Origin: Octopus sinensis
Taxonomy: Eukaryota
Direction of reading: 5' to 3'
Length of the DNA stretch: 64,000 bases
Assembly: GCF_006345805.1 (NCBI RefSeq)
Contig: NC_043017.1
Span: 19,716,001-19,780,000 of the forward strand
Of this stretch, positions 39,950 through 52,752 are shown piece after piece; the stretch's first letter is position 1; each line of letters starts with the position of its first letter. A program made the translations under genes and the position numbers. The notes under the pieces were generated by a model. It was given only the letters and a program-made list of their open reading frames with translations, searched no databases and had not been told where the DNA came from.

Positions 39950-40428
39950 TTGAGTTTTTATAAGCCTGATACTTATTCTATTGGTCTCTTTTGCCAAACT
40001 GCTAAGTTACAGGAACGTAAACACACCAACACCAGTTATCAAAAAGTGGGAGGGATGGGTTGGACACTCACTCACACACATATACACACACACACAAACA
40101 TATATACGATGGGCTTCTTTCAGTTTCCATCTACCAGGTCTACTCACAAGGCTTTGGTCAGTCCAAGGCTATGATAGAAGACACTTGCCCAAGGTGCCAT
40201 GCAATGGGACTGAACCTAGAACCATGTGGTTAGGAAACAAGCTTCTTATATATATATATATATCATCATCAGCATCGTTTAGCATCCGCTTTCCATGCTA
40301 GCATGGGTTAGACGGTTCAACTGGGGTCTGGGAAGCCAGAATACTGCACCAGGCCCAGTCTGATCTGGCAATGTTTCTACGGCTGGATGCCCTTCCTAAC
40401 GCCAACCACTTCGTGAGTGTAGTGGGTA
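39950..40428 (-). mobile_element. SINE family B followed by SINE family C
   Basis: Matches to the respective family copies. Confidence 0.85.
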
Positions 40429-40562
40429 ATATATATATATAAATCCTAGAGTATTTTTATAGAAACAAAAAGAAAAATATTTATGAATTGCAGAAGCATA
40501 AGCAATTTATTGCCCCTAAAACCTTAAGAAAATCTTATATGGACCCCTGTTGAGAACCACTG

Positions 40563-40772
40563 GCATTTGAAAACGGTCATGAATTGGGTCCCACCTGTCA
40601 GCAGACATAAAAGGGAAGGGTTGAAGATCACTTGGTGGCAAACACTTCAAGATGACCAGAAGACAGTCAACATTACAAAGAATGGATGTACAAAAGTAGT
40701 GGCCAACTGGACCCAGTGGAGGAAGCTTGCTGCCACATGCACTGAGCAGAGCAGGGGAAGCTAAATCTAAAG
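40563..40772 (+). mobile_element. RTE-clade LINE 3' fragment (degenerate)
   Basis: KTVMNWVPPVSRHKREGLKITWWQTLQDD...WRKLAATC resembles the RTE ORF C-terminus (W.P.GKR.RGRP..TW); ends ctaaatctaaagt. Confidence 0.75.
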
Positions 40773-41028
40773 TGTGTGTGTGTGTGTGTGAAAAGGATCA
40801 ACAGCCCTTCCCAAGCCATAGGCTCATAAGGCCAGTTTACTGGATTGTGTGGGGTATATATTCCCCACCCTGGGTAGGACATCAGTCTGTCACAGGGTTG
40901 TGCATTTTTGCAAGTTGAGTTGACTGGAGCAACGTCAAAGGAAGTGTTTTGCTCAAGAATACAATGCATTACCCAATCCAGGAACTGAAACCTTAATCCT
41001 ATGTACATACATACATACAACATATATA

Positions 41029-41260
41029 CCTATTTCTTTTACTACCCACAAGGGGCTAAACACAGAGGGGACAAACGAGGACAGACAAACGGATTAAGTC
41101 GATTACATCGACCCCAGTGTGCAACTGGTACTTAATTTATTGATCCCGAAAGGACGAAAGGCAAAGTTGACCTCGGCGGAATTTGAACTCAGAACGTAAC
41201 GGCAGACGAAATACGGCTACGCATTTCGCCCGGCGTGCTAACGTTTCTGCCAGCTCGCCG
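41029..41260 (-). mobile_element. SINE family A, full length, CpG-intact (young)
   Basis: Complete reverse complement of the family consensus seen at 14222. Confidence 0.92.
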
Positions 41261-41284
41261 CATATATACCTACATAGATATATA

Positions 41285-41328
<44 letters not shown>

Positions 41329-41694
41329 TGAATGACAGCTTAAGCAAAAACAAAACAAAGAAAGTAAAATGGAAAGCACAAAAGAATAAAAAAGAAAACA
41401 AGCCAAGAAAACAAAAGAAATGAGAAAGAGAGAGAAGAGTGGGGGGTAGAAAGTGTGTGGGTGTGGGTGTGTATTTAGGAGTTTTTGTAGTTGATAGTAG
41501 AAGTCTTTGAGAAAATGGTAAAAGAGGCATTAACTTAGGAGGAAACGCTCCTTCTTCTGACAGTTTTAGTTTAAGGATGGAAATTCTGGTGGCTTCTAAA
41601 ATGGTAAAGTTAATCCGTAGGCCTCTAGAGATTCTTGCTAGAAAACACTAAAGCACTAAGCTGGATGTAAGCTGGTCGGCGACTTAATAGAAAT

Positions 41695-41702
41695 AATGAT
41701 GC

Positions 41703-41737
<35 letters not shown>

Positions 41738-41798
41738 TTGATGATGATGGTGTTGATGATGATGTTGATGATGTTGATGATGATGATGATGATGATGT

Positions 41799-41830
<32 letters not shown>

Positions 41831-41870
41831 TTGATGATGTTGATGATGATGATGAGATGATGATGAGGAA
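41695..41870. repeat. (GAT)n microsatellite
   Basis: Direct reading. Confidence 0.95.
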
Positions 41871-41886
41871 GAGGAGATATGAAGAC

Positions 41887-42292
41887 AAATCTGAGGCTGT
41901 GATGGAGAATAAAAATTACACGATTTCATGAGACTTCCTCCTAAAGACCGAACTTACTGTTGAAGCAACAAGGCCAGATATGAATACAGAGGACAAAGTC
42001 AACGGACTTTGCAATGCCATATGTGAACAGAATGGATACCACAGAAATGGGGAAAAAAAAAATATCAGGACCAGAGGGAGGAAGAGGTTGTTGGAGATTA
42101 AGATGACAATTATTATTCCTTGTGGTAATTGGTGCACTCAGCACAATATCCAAATTGCTATCTCACAGGTTGGAAGATACTGGAATTGAGACTTCTACAT
42201 TGTCAACCTGTAGAAGAGAACCAACCTGCACTCTGCAAGAACCCTAGGTAAGATTCTTGAGATTTGAGGCAACTTGCTGTCACTAAACCTCA
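41887..42292 (+). mobile_element. R4/Dong-like (restriction-like endonuclease) LINE 3' fragment, frameshifted
   Basis: KSEAVMENKNYTIS*DFLLKTELTVEATRPDM (PD motif), then VVIGALSTISK and SARTLGKILEI*GNLLSLN, as in R4-clade C-termini. Confidence 0.7.
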
Positions 42293-42339
42293 ATATAGCA
42301 TGTAACAGTTCTGATGATGATGATCATCATCCTCATCAC

Positions 42340-42660
42340 CATCATTTAATGTCCACCTTCCATGCTGTCATATGATTGATGGTTTGAGAAGAGCTGGCCA
42401 GGCAGAAAACTGCATCAGATTTCTGTCTGTTTTGGCATGGCTTTTACAGCTGGATGCCCTTCCTAACATTAACCACCCTATAGAGTGGGCTGAGTGCTTT
42501 TTACATGGCACCAGCACAGGTGAGGTCAGTTTTGGCATGGTTTTTACAGCTGGATTCCCTTCCAAATGGCAACCACTTCACAGTGTGGACTGGACGCTTT
42601 TTACATGGGACCAGCATCGGCAGGGTCACCAAGTAACTTGCAAGACAAGGAATTTTTGAG
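42340..42660 (-). mobile_element. SINE family C with duplicated core
   Basis: Two ttttacagctggatgcccttcc-type blocks. Confidence 0.75.
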
Positions 42661-42838
42661 CAAGGAGGCGGCATTGGAAGAGGTGATCGTGTGCAAGATG
42701 AACACTGCTCTCAAATTTTGGCACAAGGCCAGCAATGACAGGCAAAGTCTACCTTGGTGTAATTTGAACTCAGAACATAATGATGGATGAAATACTAAGT
42801 ATTTTGTCCAGCATGTTAATCTATTCTGCCAGTTTGCC

Positions 42839-42881
<43 letters not shown>

Positions 42882-43255
42882 TGATGATGATGATGATGGT
42901 GGTGGTGAGAGAACCATCAGACAATATGCCTGTTACAGCTTCTGATTCAGAGGAGAATATCAATACAAAAAGCAGCTCCAAGATGTCTGCAGAAAATCTG
43001 GATTCCAGTGAAGTTATCCAGCCGGCAGATTCTGATTAAATTAAGCAATCTAGAAGAGAACAAAGGAATATTCACAACCAGGAACTTTTCAAAACTGAGG
43101 AGAAGAAAAAAAATCTCTGGTCAAGCAAGCATCTTAGATATACGAATCCATCCTGGATGAATTCATTCCAACAATTTATACCTGAATTTCAATAGCAAAG
43201 CTCATCAAATAGTATTCTGACTGTACTGATTCTTGTTCAAGTTGTCTTACATTAA

Positions 43256-43464
43256 CCCTTTAGTATTTAAACTGGCCAAAATAGCTAATCTGTTTTATGT
43301 TCAAACCGACCAGATCCAGGCCCTCACACCTACCTTACAATGTTAATCTACATTAAGTAATTACACCATCAAGATCTTGAAGATATGAGATAATGCATGA
43401 TTAATTCAAATCAATATGAATCAAAAAGCATTATGTTTGATAGAATAATCTGAACACTAAAGGG
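43256..43464. mobile_element. piggyBac-like MITE
   Basis: TTAA|CCCTTTAG...CTAAAGGG|TTAA; very similar to the 22655 copy. Confidence 0.88.
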
Positions 43465-43599
43465 TTAAATTTTAAAATGATTTTGGCATTAGGAAGGGCA
43501 TCCCTCAGCTTACAAGCCCTGGTCACACCGTCCAACCCATACCAGCATGGACAATGAATACTAATGATGATGAGGAAGAATAATCATACTTTCTACTAT

Positions 43600-43790
43600 A
43601 GGCACGAGAAATGCTTAGCGAAATTTCCTCTGTCTTTACATTCTGAGTTCAAATTCCGCTGAGGCTGACTTTGACTTTTATCCTCCCAGCATCAATGAAA
43701 TAAATACCAGTTGAGTAGTGGGGTTGATGTAATCGTCTAACCCTACTCACCCAAAAATTTCAGGCCTTGTGCCTATAGTAGAAAGGATTA
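43600..43790 (+). mobile_element. SINE family A with (ATT)n tail
   Basis: aaatgcttagcg...ttctgagttcaaattcc...tttcaggccttgtgcctatagtagaaagg. Confidence 0.8.
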
Positions 43791-43912
43791 TTATTATTAT
43801 TATTACTACTACTACTACTACTTGTGAATATTGTAGAATTTACTCAAACTCCTTGAGTTTTGTGCTAATCTTGATAACTCTAGGCATTTGATTAACTGTC
43901 ACAGTATTTTCA

Positions 43913-43947
<35 letters not shown>

Positions 43948-44149
43948 GCATAATAACCATATACATACACACGTGCTACAAGAAATATTAATTCTAGACG
44001 TACAAATATAGAACTACACACGTCTCTGATTAATCTCACCCCCACCAAGTAAACCAACAACAAAAAAACATAAAAAAAAAACATTAGAAAACAACAACAA
44101 CAAACAACAAAGAAACAAATAAATGAATAAATAAGCAAAAAAATCCCTA

Positions 44150-44960
44150 AATAAACAAACAAGTTTTTTTATCTCCCAATGTACCTTAAATCCACCTTGA
44201 ATTCCCCCATTTCTGATTGTTGCAGTTAGGCTATTTCTAAGTCTGCCTATTTTAAAAATAACGCGTTTTCTTTCTTTTTCGAAAAAGACAGAAAATATGG
44301 CCGCCATTACTTAAGAAAATAATATTAAAAAAAAAACAAAAAAAAAAAACGAAACAAAACAAAATTAATAAAATGATAAAAAAAACCCTCCCCCAAAACA
44401 CACAATTACGCTTTACATAATGGTAAGTACAAATCAAGTGCACTTTATAATAAAGTTATTTTTTATTTATTTATTTTCCCTCCAATCTGAAAATCCTCGG
44501 TGAGGATTATGGCATCGGTTTTTGTGTATATTTTGAGGAGGGGGGTGGGGTGTTTAATGATATTTTTCTTACTGAGGTATATGTGTACTTTGTGTTTTTG
44601 TACTTTAACGAACTCGCAATTTTTTTTTTTTTTTTGTTTTGTTTATTTTTTATTTCCTGTTTGTTTTATTCATTACATTTCTTTGCTGTTGTTGTTGTTG
44701 TTGTTGTTGTTGTTATGGTTATGGTGGTCGCTGCCATAACTGTTAAGGAGTTCTTGAAAAAATAGTGCTGCGCGCGTTTTTTAGATAACGCAAGCATTAA
44801 TGTTAAAAATGAAATGGAAAGAAGAAAAAAAAAACGACCAAAAAAAAACACGAATAAAAAAAAAACCGAAACAAAAATAAAACAATAAAATGAGTGATTG
44901 ATCTAAAACCAATCGATATATCAATAAACGAATAAAGATTACCACGATGAACTGCTGTGT
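44150..44960. promoter_or_regulatory. Possible promoter / first-exon region
   Basis: Unique sequence with retained CpGs (aacgcg, ggccgcc, gcgcgcg), YY1-like AAAATATGGCCGCCAT, plus-strand ATG|GTAAGT at 44420-44428 and minus-strand AAG|GTACAT after 44185. Confidence 0.3.
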
Positions 44961-45107
44961 TTGTAAAACCCTTGTTTTACACATATATATATATATATGT
45001 ATGTATATATACATATATGCATTGTGTCTGTGTGTGTATATGTATACACATGCACACACACATATAAATGTGCATGTAAATACATAAGTGTAAGCGTGCA
45101 CCCACAC

Positions 45108-45140
<33 letters not shown>

Positions 45141-45263
45141 TATACATATATTTGCATATATAAAAGCTTATGTATGTGTATATGTATAAACACATATATT
45201 GGTGTATATACACACACACACACACAGATATATATACACATACACACATTTATATATACACAT

Positions 45264-45309
<46 letters not shown>

Positions 45310-45339
45310 TCATAAAACCATGTGAATCAGGTATTTTTA

Positions 45340-45378
<39 letters not shown>

Positions 45379-45630
45379 TGCATGTATAAATATATACTCA
45401 CGCATGCACACACACACAAAAAAAAACCATGTGACTTCAGGTGTTTTTACTGTATGTACACAAGGCACATGAGGTGAGCGAGAGTGTTGTCGCCAGGAAT
45501 GCCGCCTCCACATAAAACCTTGCATCAAAGAGTCGCATCCCAAACCACACCAGCACGGGAAAATAGGTATAAAAAATGATAACACAGCCAACGACTACCA
45601 TGAAACATATATAGGTATATTTATGCGTAT

Positions 45631-45665
<35 letters not shown>

Positions 45666-45779
45666 GAGTAAATATATCAATATCTGCATGTATGGATGTA
45701 TGTATGTATGTATATATGTGGTTGTATGTCTGTATTTGGTTTTAACACCTAAAGAGTATGAAATAAAAGGAGGATAATG

Positions 45780-46460
45780 CATTATGTCGTCGTGGTCATC
45801 GTCACTGTCATCATCATCATCATCATCATCATCATTGTTATTATCAGTATCATTGCCATCATTGTCCTTGTTGTTGTCATCATCATCATCATCAACATCG
45901 GCATCATCATCGTTGTCATCGGCAGCGGCGTCATGTCATCGTTATCATCACTGTTACTGTCATCATCATCACTCATCAGCATTGTCATCATAATCATCAT
46001 TGTTATCATCATCATCAGTTATCATCGTTATCATCATCATCAGCGTTGTCATCAACATTATCATTGTCATCATTATTGTCATTGTTATCATCATCATCAT
46101 CACTGTCATCATCATCATTGTCATCGTTATCCTCATCATTGTCATCTTCGTCACTATCATTATCATTGTCATCATCATTGTTACTGTCATCATCATCATT
46201 GTTGTCATAATCATCAGTCATCAGCATCGTCATCATAATCATCAGTCATCATTGTTATCATCATCAGCATTGTCATCATCATCATCAGTCATCATTGTTA
46301 TCATCATCGTCATCATCATCGTTATCATCATCATCATCATCAGCATTGTTATCAACCTAATCATTGTCATCATTACTGTCATTGTTGTTATCATCATCAC
46401 TGTCATCATCATCGTCGTCATCTTCATCACTGTCGTTGCTATCATTGTCACTGTAATCAG
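45780..46460. repeat. Degenerate (ATC/GTC/ATT)n trinucleotide tract
   Basis: Direct reading. Confidence 0.95.
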
Positions 46461-46590
46461 AATCTGAGACTCTGTTTGTCCATGGAATGGCATGACTCAG
46501 TATTCTTATTTTAAAACTTTCTCTTAACTCTTTTGGAATTATGTTTCTGATGAGTAGCACAACAAATTTGTACAGTACTTTTATTAAGTA

Positions 46591-46986
46591 CTAGCAGTAT
46601 CGCCCGGCGTTGCTTGGGTTTGTAAGGGAAATAACTATATAAGCATTTTTAGAGATGTAAAGTATAATAGCCATCTCAATATGGCTAACCACAAAGGGGG
46701 GGGGGTGTTACTGTAGCTTTTTACGTTCTGAGATTTAATAATATATTTTTAGAGAGTCACTTCCCTTATATATGCCAAAAATGCATTAAAAATGGGAAAA
46801 ATTGATGGTAAATTTTTTTTTAAATCGCAGACTCATTGTAGACGCGCGCTAATACCCAGAAGGGCTCGATATGAATCACAACTATAAGATACCCAGTTTT
46901 GGTTAAACTGCACTGCAAAATGTGGTAGTTAGGAATCTAAATCGTAGGAGACAGACAGCACACAACCTCTCTTTTATATATAAAGA
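46591..46986 (-). mobile_element. Non-autonomous Helitron
   Basis: Minus strand A|TC start at 46986, 3' hairpin and CTAG|T end at 46591. Confidence 0.85.
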
Positions 46987-47344
46987 TGATGCACAGATAG
47001 CTATACATACATACTTACACACGCACACACATATTTACGTATATACATATATTACATACATAAATACAAACATATACATACACACAAAACATACACATAC
47101 CAGCATATACATACATATACACTCATATACATACATACAGACATGCATACATAGGCGCATACATAGGCACATACATATATACATATACATACATACTTAC
47201 ATGCACACACATACATGCATACATTCACACACACACACATTCCTGTATCTCAAGAAACTAGAATCAGTATTCTGCTAATACTTTTACAAAAATCGCTGTG
47301 TTCATTCCGGTAATGCAACATAAATGGAATAAAAGAAACTTCCA

Positions 47345-47372
47345 AAAGATCATCATCATCATCAACATCACC

Positions 47373-47407
<35 letters not shown>

Positions 47408-47413
47408 CATTGC

Positions 47414-47447
<34 letters not shown>

Positions 47448-47627
47448 TGCATTATCATATTATTATTATTATTATTATTATTATCATCATTATTATTATT
47501 ATTATTATTATCATCATTATTATTATTTTTATTATTATCATCATGATTATAATTATTATTATTATTATTATTATTATTGCCATTATTATTATTATTATTA
47601 TTATTATCATCATTATTATTATTATTA

Positions 47628-47658
<31 letters not shown>

Positions 47659-47669
47659 CATCATGATTA

Positions 47670-47706
<37 letters not shown>

Positions 47707-47767
47707 CATTATCATGATTATTATTATTATTATTATTGCCATTATTATTATTATTATTATCATCATG

Positions 47768-47801
<34 letters not shown>

Positions 47802-47802
47802 G

Positions 47803-47838
<36 letters not shown>

Positions 47839-47840
47839 CT
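47345..47840. repeat. (ATT/ATC)n compound microsatellite
   Basis: Direct reading. Confidence 0.97.
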
Positions 47841-48350
47841 TTATAACCTTCAGGCAATATTTTCTTGGATAATTATTGAAATATAAAGCCAAAAAAAAAA
47901 AAAAATAGAAAAGATAACAGTCGGCAAATGGTTAATCTGCTAAAGGAACTAATATTGGCGAATGGTAGAATTATATGCTAGAAGACATTATAAGGTAAAT
48001 CGCATAGTGCTGTCTGTCTTCTGTCTAGCAGAGAATGACATAGAATCAGTAAGACCCTATCAGTGTTTGAGATGCAAAACATTATTGAATAAAAAGATAC
48101 AAAGAAAATAATGTGATATTTATTAATGTTAAAGCTTATTGGGAGAAAGATTTTCAGAAGAAACAAATGATTGCTTGTTGGATATATCTAAGTAAACAAT
48201 GGAATTGGTGAGAGAGAGAGAGAGAGAGGGGAGGGGGAGGAAAGGAAGGGGAGATAATGCCAATTGCTTGAATTACAAAAGGGAATTTCTGTGGATGGCA
48301 TATGAATGTGTGTGTATATATGTTTGTATGTAAGTAAGTGTATATATATA

Positions 48351-48733
48351 TCTTTATATATAAAAGTCAAGTTGTGTGTCTGTCTCCTATGATTTAGATT
48401 CCTAACTACTCCCACATTTTGCGGTGCAGTTTAACCAAAACCGGGTATCTTATAGTCGTGATTCATATCGAGCCCTTCTGGGTATTAGCGCGTGTCTACG
48501 ATGAGTCTACGATTTAAAAAAAAATTTACCATCATTTTTTCCCATTTTAATGCATTTTTTTCCGCTATTATCTAAAAATGTCTACGATGAGTCGACGATT
48601 TAAAAAAGAATTTATCATAATTTTTTTTCCATTTTTAATGCATTTTTTTGCTATTTTTTGGCTATAACTCTCTAAAAATGCTTATATAGTTATTTCCCTT
48701 ACAAATCTGAGCAATGCCGGGCGATACTGCTAG
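48351..48733 (+). mobile_element. Non-autonomous Helitron
   Basis: A|TCTTTATATATAAAAG...GAGCAATGCCGGGCGATACTGCTAG|T; internal tandem duplication of a ~85-bp module. Confidence 0.85.
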
Positions 48734-48881
48734 TATATATATATATAACAGGAAGGTTTACGAAAATAAACAAAAGACGAAGGCAGGTGGAGTACAAACA
48801 ACACAAATGTATTAGTATGGCACTCAGGAATAGAAATAGAACAAGTCTTTTACTATTTGTCTGTCTGTCTCTACCTACACA

Positions 48882-49110
48882 CCTATTTCTTTACTACCCA
48901 CAAGGGATTAAACACATAGAGGACAAACAAGGACAGACAAACGGATTAAGTCGATTATATTGACCCCAGTGCGTAACTGGTATTTATTTAATTGACCCTG
49001 AAAGGATGAAAGGCAAAGTCGACCTCGGTGGAATTTGAACTCAGAACGTAGCGGCATACAAAATACCGCAAAGCATTTCGCCCGGCGTGCTAACGTTTCT
49101 GCCAGCTCGC
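48882..49110 (-). mobile_element. SINE family A, full length
   Basis: Matches 41029-41260. Confidence 0.9.
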
Positions 49111-49579
49111 TGCCTACATACCTACCTACTTATCTATCTATCTATCTTTATGTCCGTCTGTCTGTCTCTCTCTCACTCTCTCTCTACTTACCTACCTATC
49201 TACCAATCTTTCTCTCTCCAACAGAGCCAATCAAAAACCAACATGACCATAAAATTAAAAACAAAACAAAACAAAACAAATAAATTAATAAAAAATGAAA
49301 ATACAAAGCAAAAAAAAGAAAAGAAAAGGAAAGAGCAAAAAGAGCCAAACCCCAGGAACCGCAATCCTTCCTCCGCTCCATCTTTGTCTTCCGTATATAA
49401 GTAAATAATCTTCCAATTGATTGACTTAGTGAACTTTAGCTAGAAATTCTTATCAACTAACAATCAGTTTGAACAAGTTGTCATCGATACCGCTATCATC
49501 ACCATCATCACCATTATTATCATCTTTACCATGACGACGACCACCACCACCACCTGCATCATCCCCTCCATCACCACCA

Positions 49580-49583
49580 CCAC

Positions 49584-49619
<36 letters not shown>

Positions 49620-49768
49620 CATTATTGGATAATTTTTTTCTTCCTCTTCTACAAGTTGCAATATTTATTATTATTATTATTATCATTATTTTTCTTCTTT
49701 CTGTTTTGTTTCCATTTCATGTCAAGTGCCTTCCCGACACCTGTAAGCATCATCATCATCCTCATCAC

Positions 49769-49804
<36 letters not shown>

Positions 49805-50021
49805 CATTATTATCATTATTATCATCATTATTATCATCATCATCATCATCATTATTATCATTATTATTATTATTATTATCATCATTATTATTATTATCAT
49901 TATTATTATTATTATTATCATCATTATTATTATTATTATCATTATTATCATTATCATCATTATTATCATCATTATCATCATTATTATTATTATTATCATT
50001 ATCATCATTATTATATTATCA

Positions 50022-50054
<33 letters not shown>

Positions 50055-50271
50055 TATCATTATTATCATTATATCATCATTATTATCATCATCATCATCA
50101 TCATTATTATCATTATTATTATTATTATTATCATCATATTATTATTATCATTATTATATTATTATTATCATCATTATTATTATATTATCATTATTATCAT
50201 TATCATCATTATTATCATCATTATCATCATTATTATTATTATTATCATTATCATCATTATTATCATTATCA

Positions 50272-50318
<47 letters not shown>

Positions 50319-50320
50319 TA
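49580..50320. repeat. (ATT/ATC)n compound microsatellite, ~740 bp
   Basis: Direct reading. Confidence 0.97.
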
Positions 50321-50619
50321 GAACACAATGCTCACAGCAGTTCTGGTTTTCAAACCGTTTTTGCTTCTTATTGCCGCTATGACAAGAAAATCTAAAACCC
50401 ATTTCCTTGTATTTCTGTTTAACTTATTTATAAACTTTTATTCGTTTACTTGTTTATTATATATTTATATATAGTTATTTGTTTTATTTTATTTATTTTT
50501 ATTTTATTTTATTTTATTTAATGCTATGATTGGTTTTTTAAAAGTTGCAGATAGGACTTTTGCGTCTGTGATTAAGTTATCTGATTGTCATCATCAAATT
50601 GAAATAAAGACTTTAACAG

Positions 50620-50784
50620 GTGGAAGAGAGGGGACGAGGGAGAGAGAGGGGGGGATAGAAAGAAGGAAAAGAGATAGAAAGACAGAAGAATGAGAATGAA
50701 AATGAAAAAGAAGAAAAGATCAGATGGAGAAGGCAAAAACAAGATTGAATGAAAGAGAGGATGAGAGGGAGAAAGGAAATAAGG

Positions 50785-50835
<51 letters not shown>

Positions 50836-51190
50836 GAAGAGGGAGAAATAGAGAGAGAGGAAGAGGGACAGAGATAGAGAGAGAGGAAGGAATGAAGGGT
50901 CGTAGGAAGAAGGAAGAAGAAATAAAAAGGGGAATCTGAAGATGAAGTCAAAAAGAAGGAAGGAAGAAAGGAAGGAAGGAAGGAAGGAATCAGGAAAGAA
51001 GGAGAGAAGAAGTGAAGGAAAGAGAGAAAGAAAGAAGGAAACAAAGGAAAGAGAGAAAGAAAAATAGATAAGAAGGAAGAAAAGAATGAGGGCAAGATGG
51101 AGATCTGATGGGGAAAACAAGAAAGAAAGAAAGAAAGAAAGAAAGAAATTTGCATAACAAGATTAAGAATAAGAAAGAAGAATGAGATGA
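50620..51190. repeat. Polypurine low-complexity tract ((GA)n, (GGAA)n, (GAAA)n)
   Basis: Direct reading. Confidence 0.95.
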
Positions 51191-51499
51191 AGAATAAAGA
51201 TTTGTTTTGAAAGCCACTAGAGATTCTTGCAAAACTGCAAAAACTACCAAAATGTTCTGGATAGAAGCATCCTCCATTTCATTAACCCAATACCAAAACT
51301 AATAAAGAATTTGGAATTTTCATGCTTTCTTTTTCACTTTTTCACTTTTTTTCTTCTTCTTTTCATAAATAATGTGATGTTATTATTCCAAGAGGATTAC
51401 TCCATTATTATAAAAGAATGGTCGTTTGGATGGCAGGACTGCTACAAGTGCTCATGGCTTTCTTTTTTTAGGATCTGAAACAGTTTTAATTCCGTCATC

Positions 51500-51950
51500 A
51501 TTGTCGTCATTGTTTTAATGTTTGCCGTTTCTATGCTTTCAAGGGTCGGTCGGATGGAAACCGCAAGGCAGATTTCTATGGCTTGGATGCTCTTCCTGTT
51601 GCCAGCCTTTGACCCTCACCTGTTTTCCGAACAAGGTAATATTTTCCTCATGCTGTCATGGAAGATTGGCACCAAATGACACCGCTTGAATGACAAGGGT
51701 GCTCATTTACAACCATCAAGATATTAAGACAAGGAGGCACAAAGACACTCTTTCTCTTTTACTCGTTTCAGTCATTTGACTGCGGCCATGCTGGAGCACC
51801 GCCTTTAGTAGAGCAAATCGACCCCGGGACTTATTCTTTGTAAGCCCAGTACTTATTCTATCGGTCTCTTTTGCTGAACCGCTAAGTGATGGTGACGTAA
51901 ACACACCAGCATCGGTTGTCAAGCAATGCTTGAGGGACAAACACAAACAC
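51500..51950 (-). mobile_element. Degenerate SINE C-related copy plus young SINE B 3' half
   Basis: ttggatgctcttcctgttgcc core; 51750-51950 is nearly identical to the family B 3' half. Confidence 0.75.
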
Positions 51951-52271
51951 ACAAATTTGGCTGCTGTTTCTAGCAAGACTAGCAATTGTGTAGATCATTG
52001 GATTTCAAATAGTGAGCTGTGACCCTTAGTGCCCTCAAGGGGTACCTTGATGCATAAACAGGGGTATCTAGGTGAACCACAATGGGATTTCTAGGTAAAC
52101 CACAGGTAGATACCTAGGTACAGCACATGTAGACACCCAGGTACCCATCATCCAATGTGTCTACCTGCTTTCAAATGGTTGGATGTGCTTTAAATTCTCA
52201 GTTAAATTCTGTTAAGGCAGACCTAGAATTTCATCCTTAGGGAGCAGGGGTTTGGGCAGTAAAATAATGAG

Positions 52272-52752
52272 ACTCCTATCATCAGACTCGCTACCAAATG
52301 CAGATTGGTGAATGCAATTGTCTTCCCAATAACAACATATGGATGCGAGGCCTGGACACTAAAGTAAGCTGACCAGAAGAGAATTAATGCATTTGAGCTT
52401 TGGTGTTGGAGAAGACTTTTGCGGATTCCATGGACAGCAGTGCTCACCAATGGAGAAGTTCTTAAGCAGATCAGGCCGAAAATGTCGCTAGAAGCTAGGA
52501 TCACAAAGCATAGATTGGCATATTTCGGTCATATTATGCGGAGAAAATCCCTGGAGAAGGACATCATGCTCGGAATGGTCAGTGGCAAGAGAGGAAGAGG
52601 CCGACCAAGAACCCGCTGGCTTGACACCATCAAGAGGGATACCGGAATGGACATAGCCAATCTGAAAGAAGCAGCCCAGGATAGAACTGACTGGAGAACA
52701 CTGATTCAATGAGTGACCGAGAGTCGACTTCGACTGAGCGGATAGAGAGAGA
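52272..52752 (+). mobile_element. RTE (BovB-like) LINE, 5'-truncated
   Basis: TKCRLVNAIVFPITTYGCEAWTLK*ADQKRINAFELWCWRRLLRIPWT...RLAYFGHIMRR..LEKDIMLG..GKRGRGRPRTRWLD; two in-frame stops. Confidence 0.95.

Noticed and set aside
41945-42000. Minus-strand donor GTAAGT suggesting an exon
   Set aside because: It falls inside the R4-like LINE remnant and has only a weak AAG acceptor.
42902-43195. Plus-strand frame REPSDNMPVTASDSEEN...PADSD*IKQSRR...
   Set aside because: It has an internal stop, no splice sites and no recognisable motif; possibly a decayed TE ORF, but unsupported.
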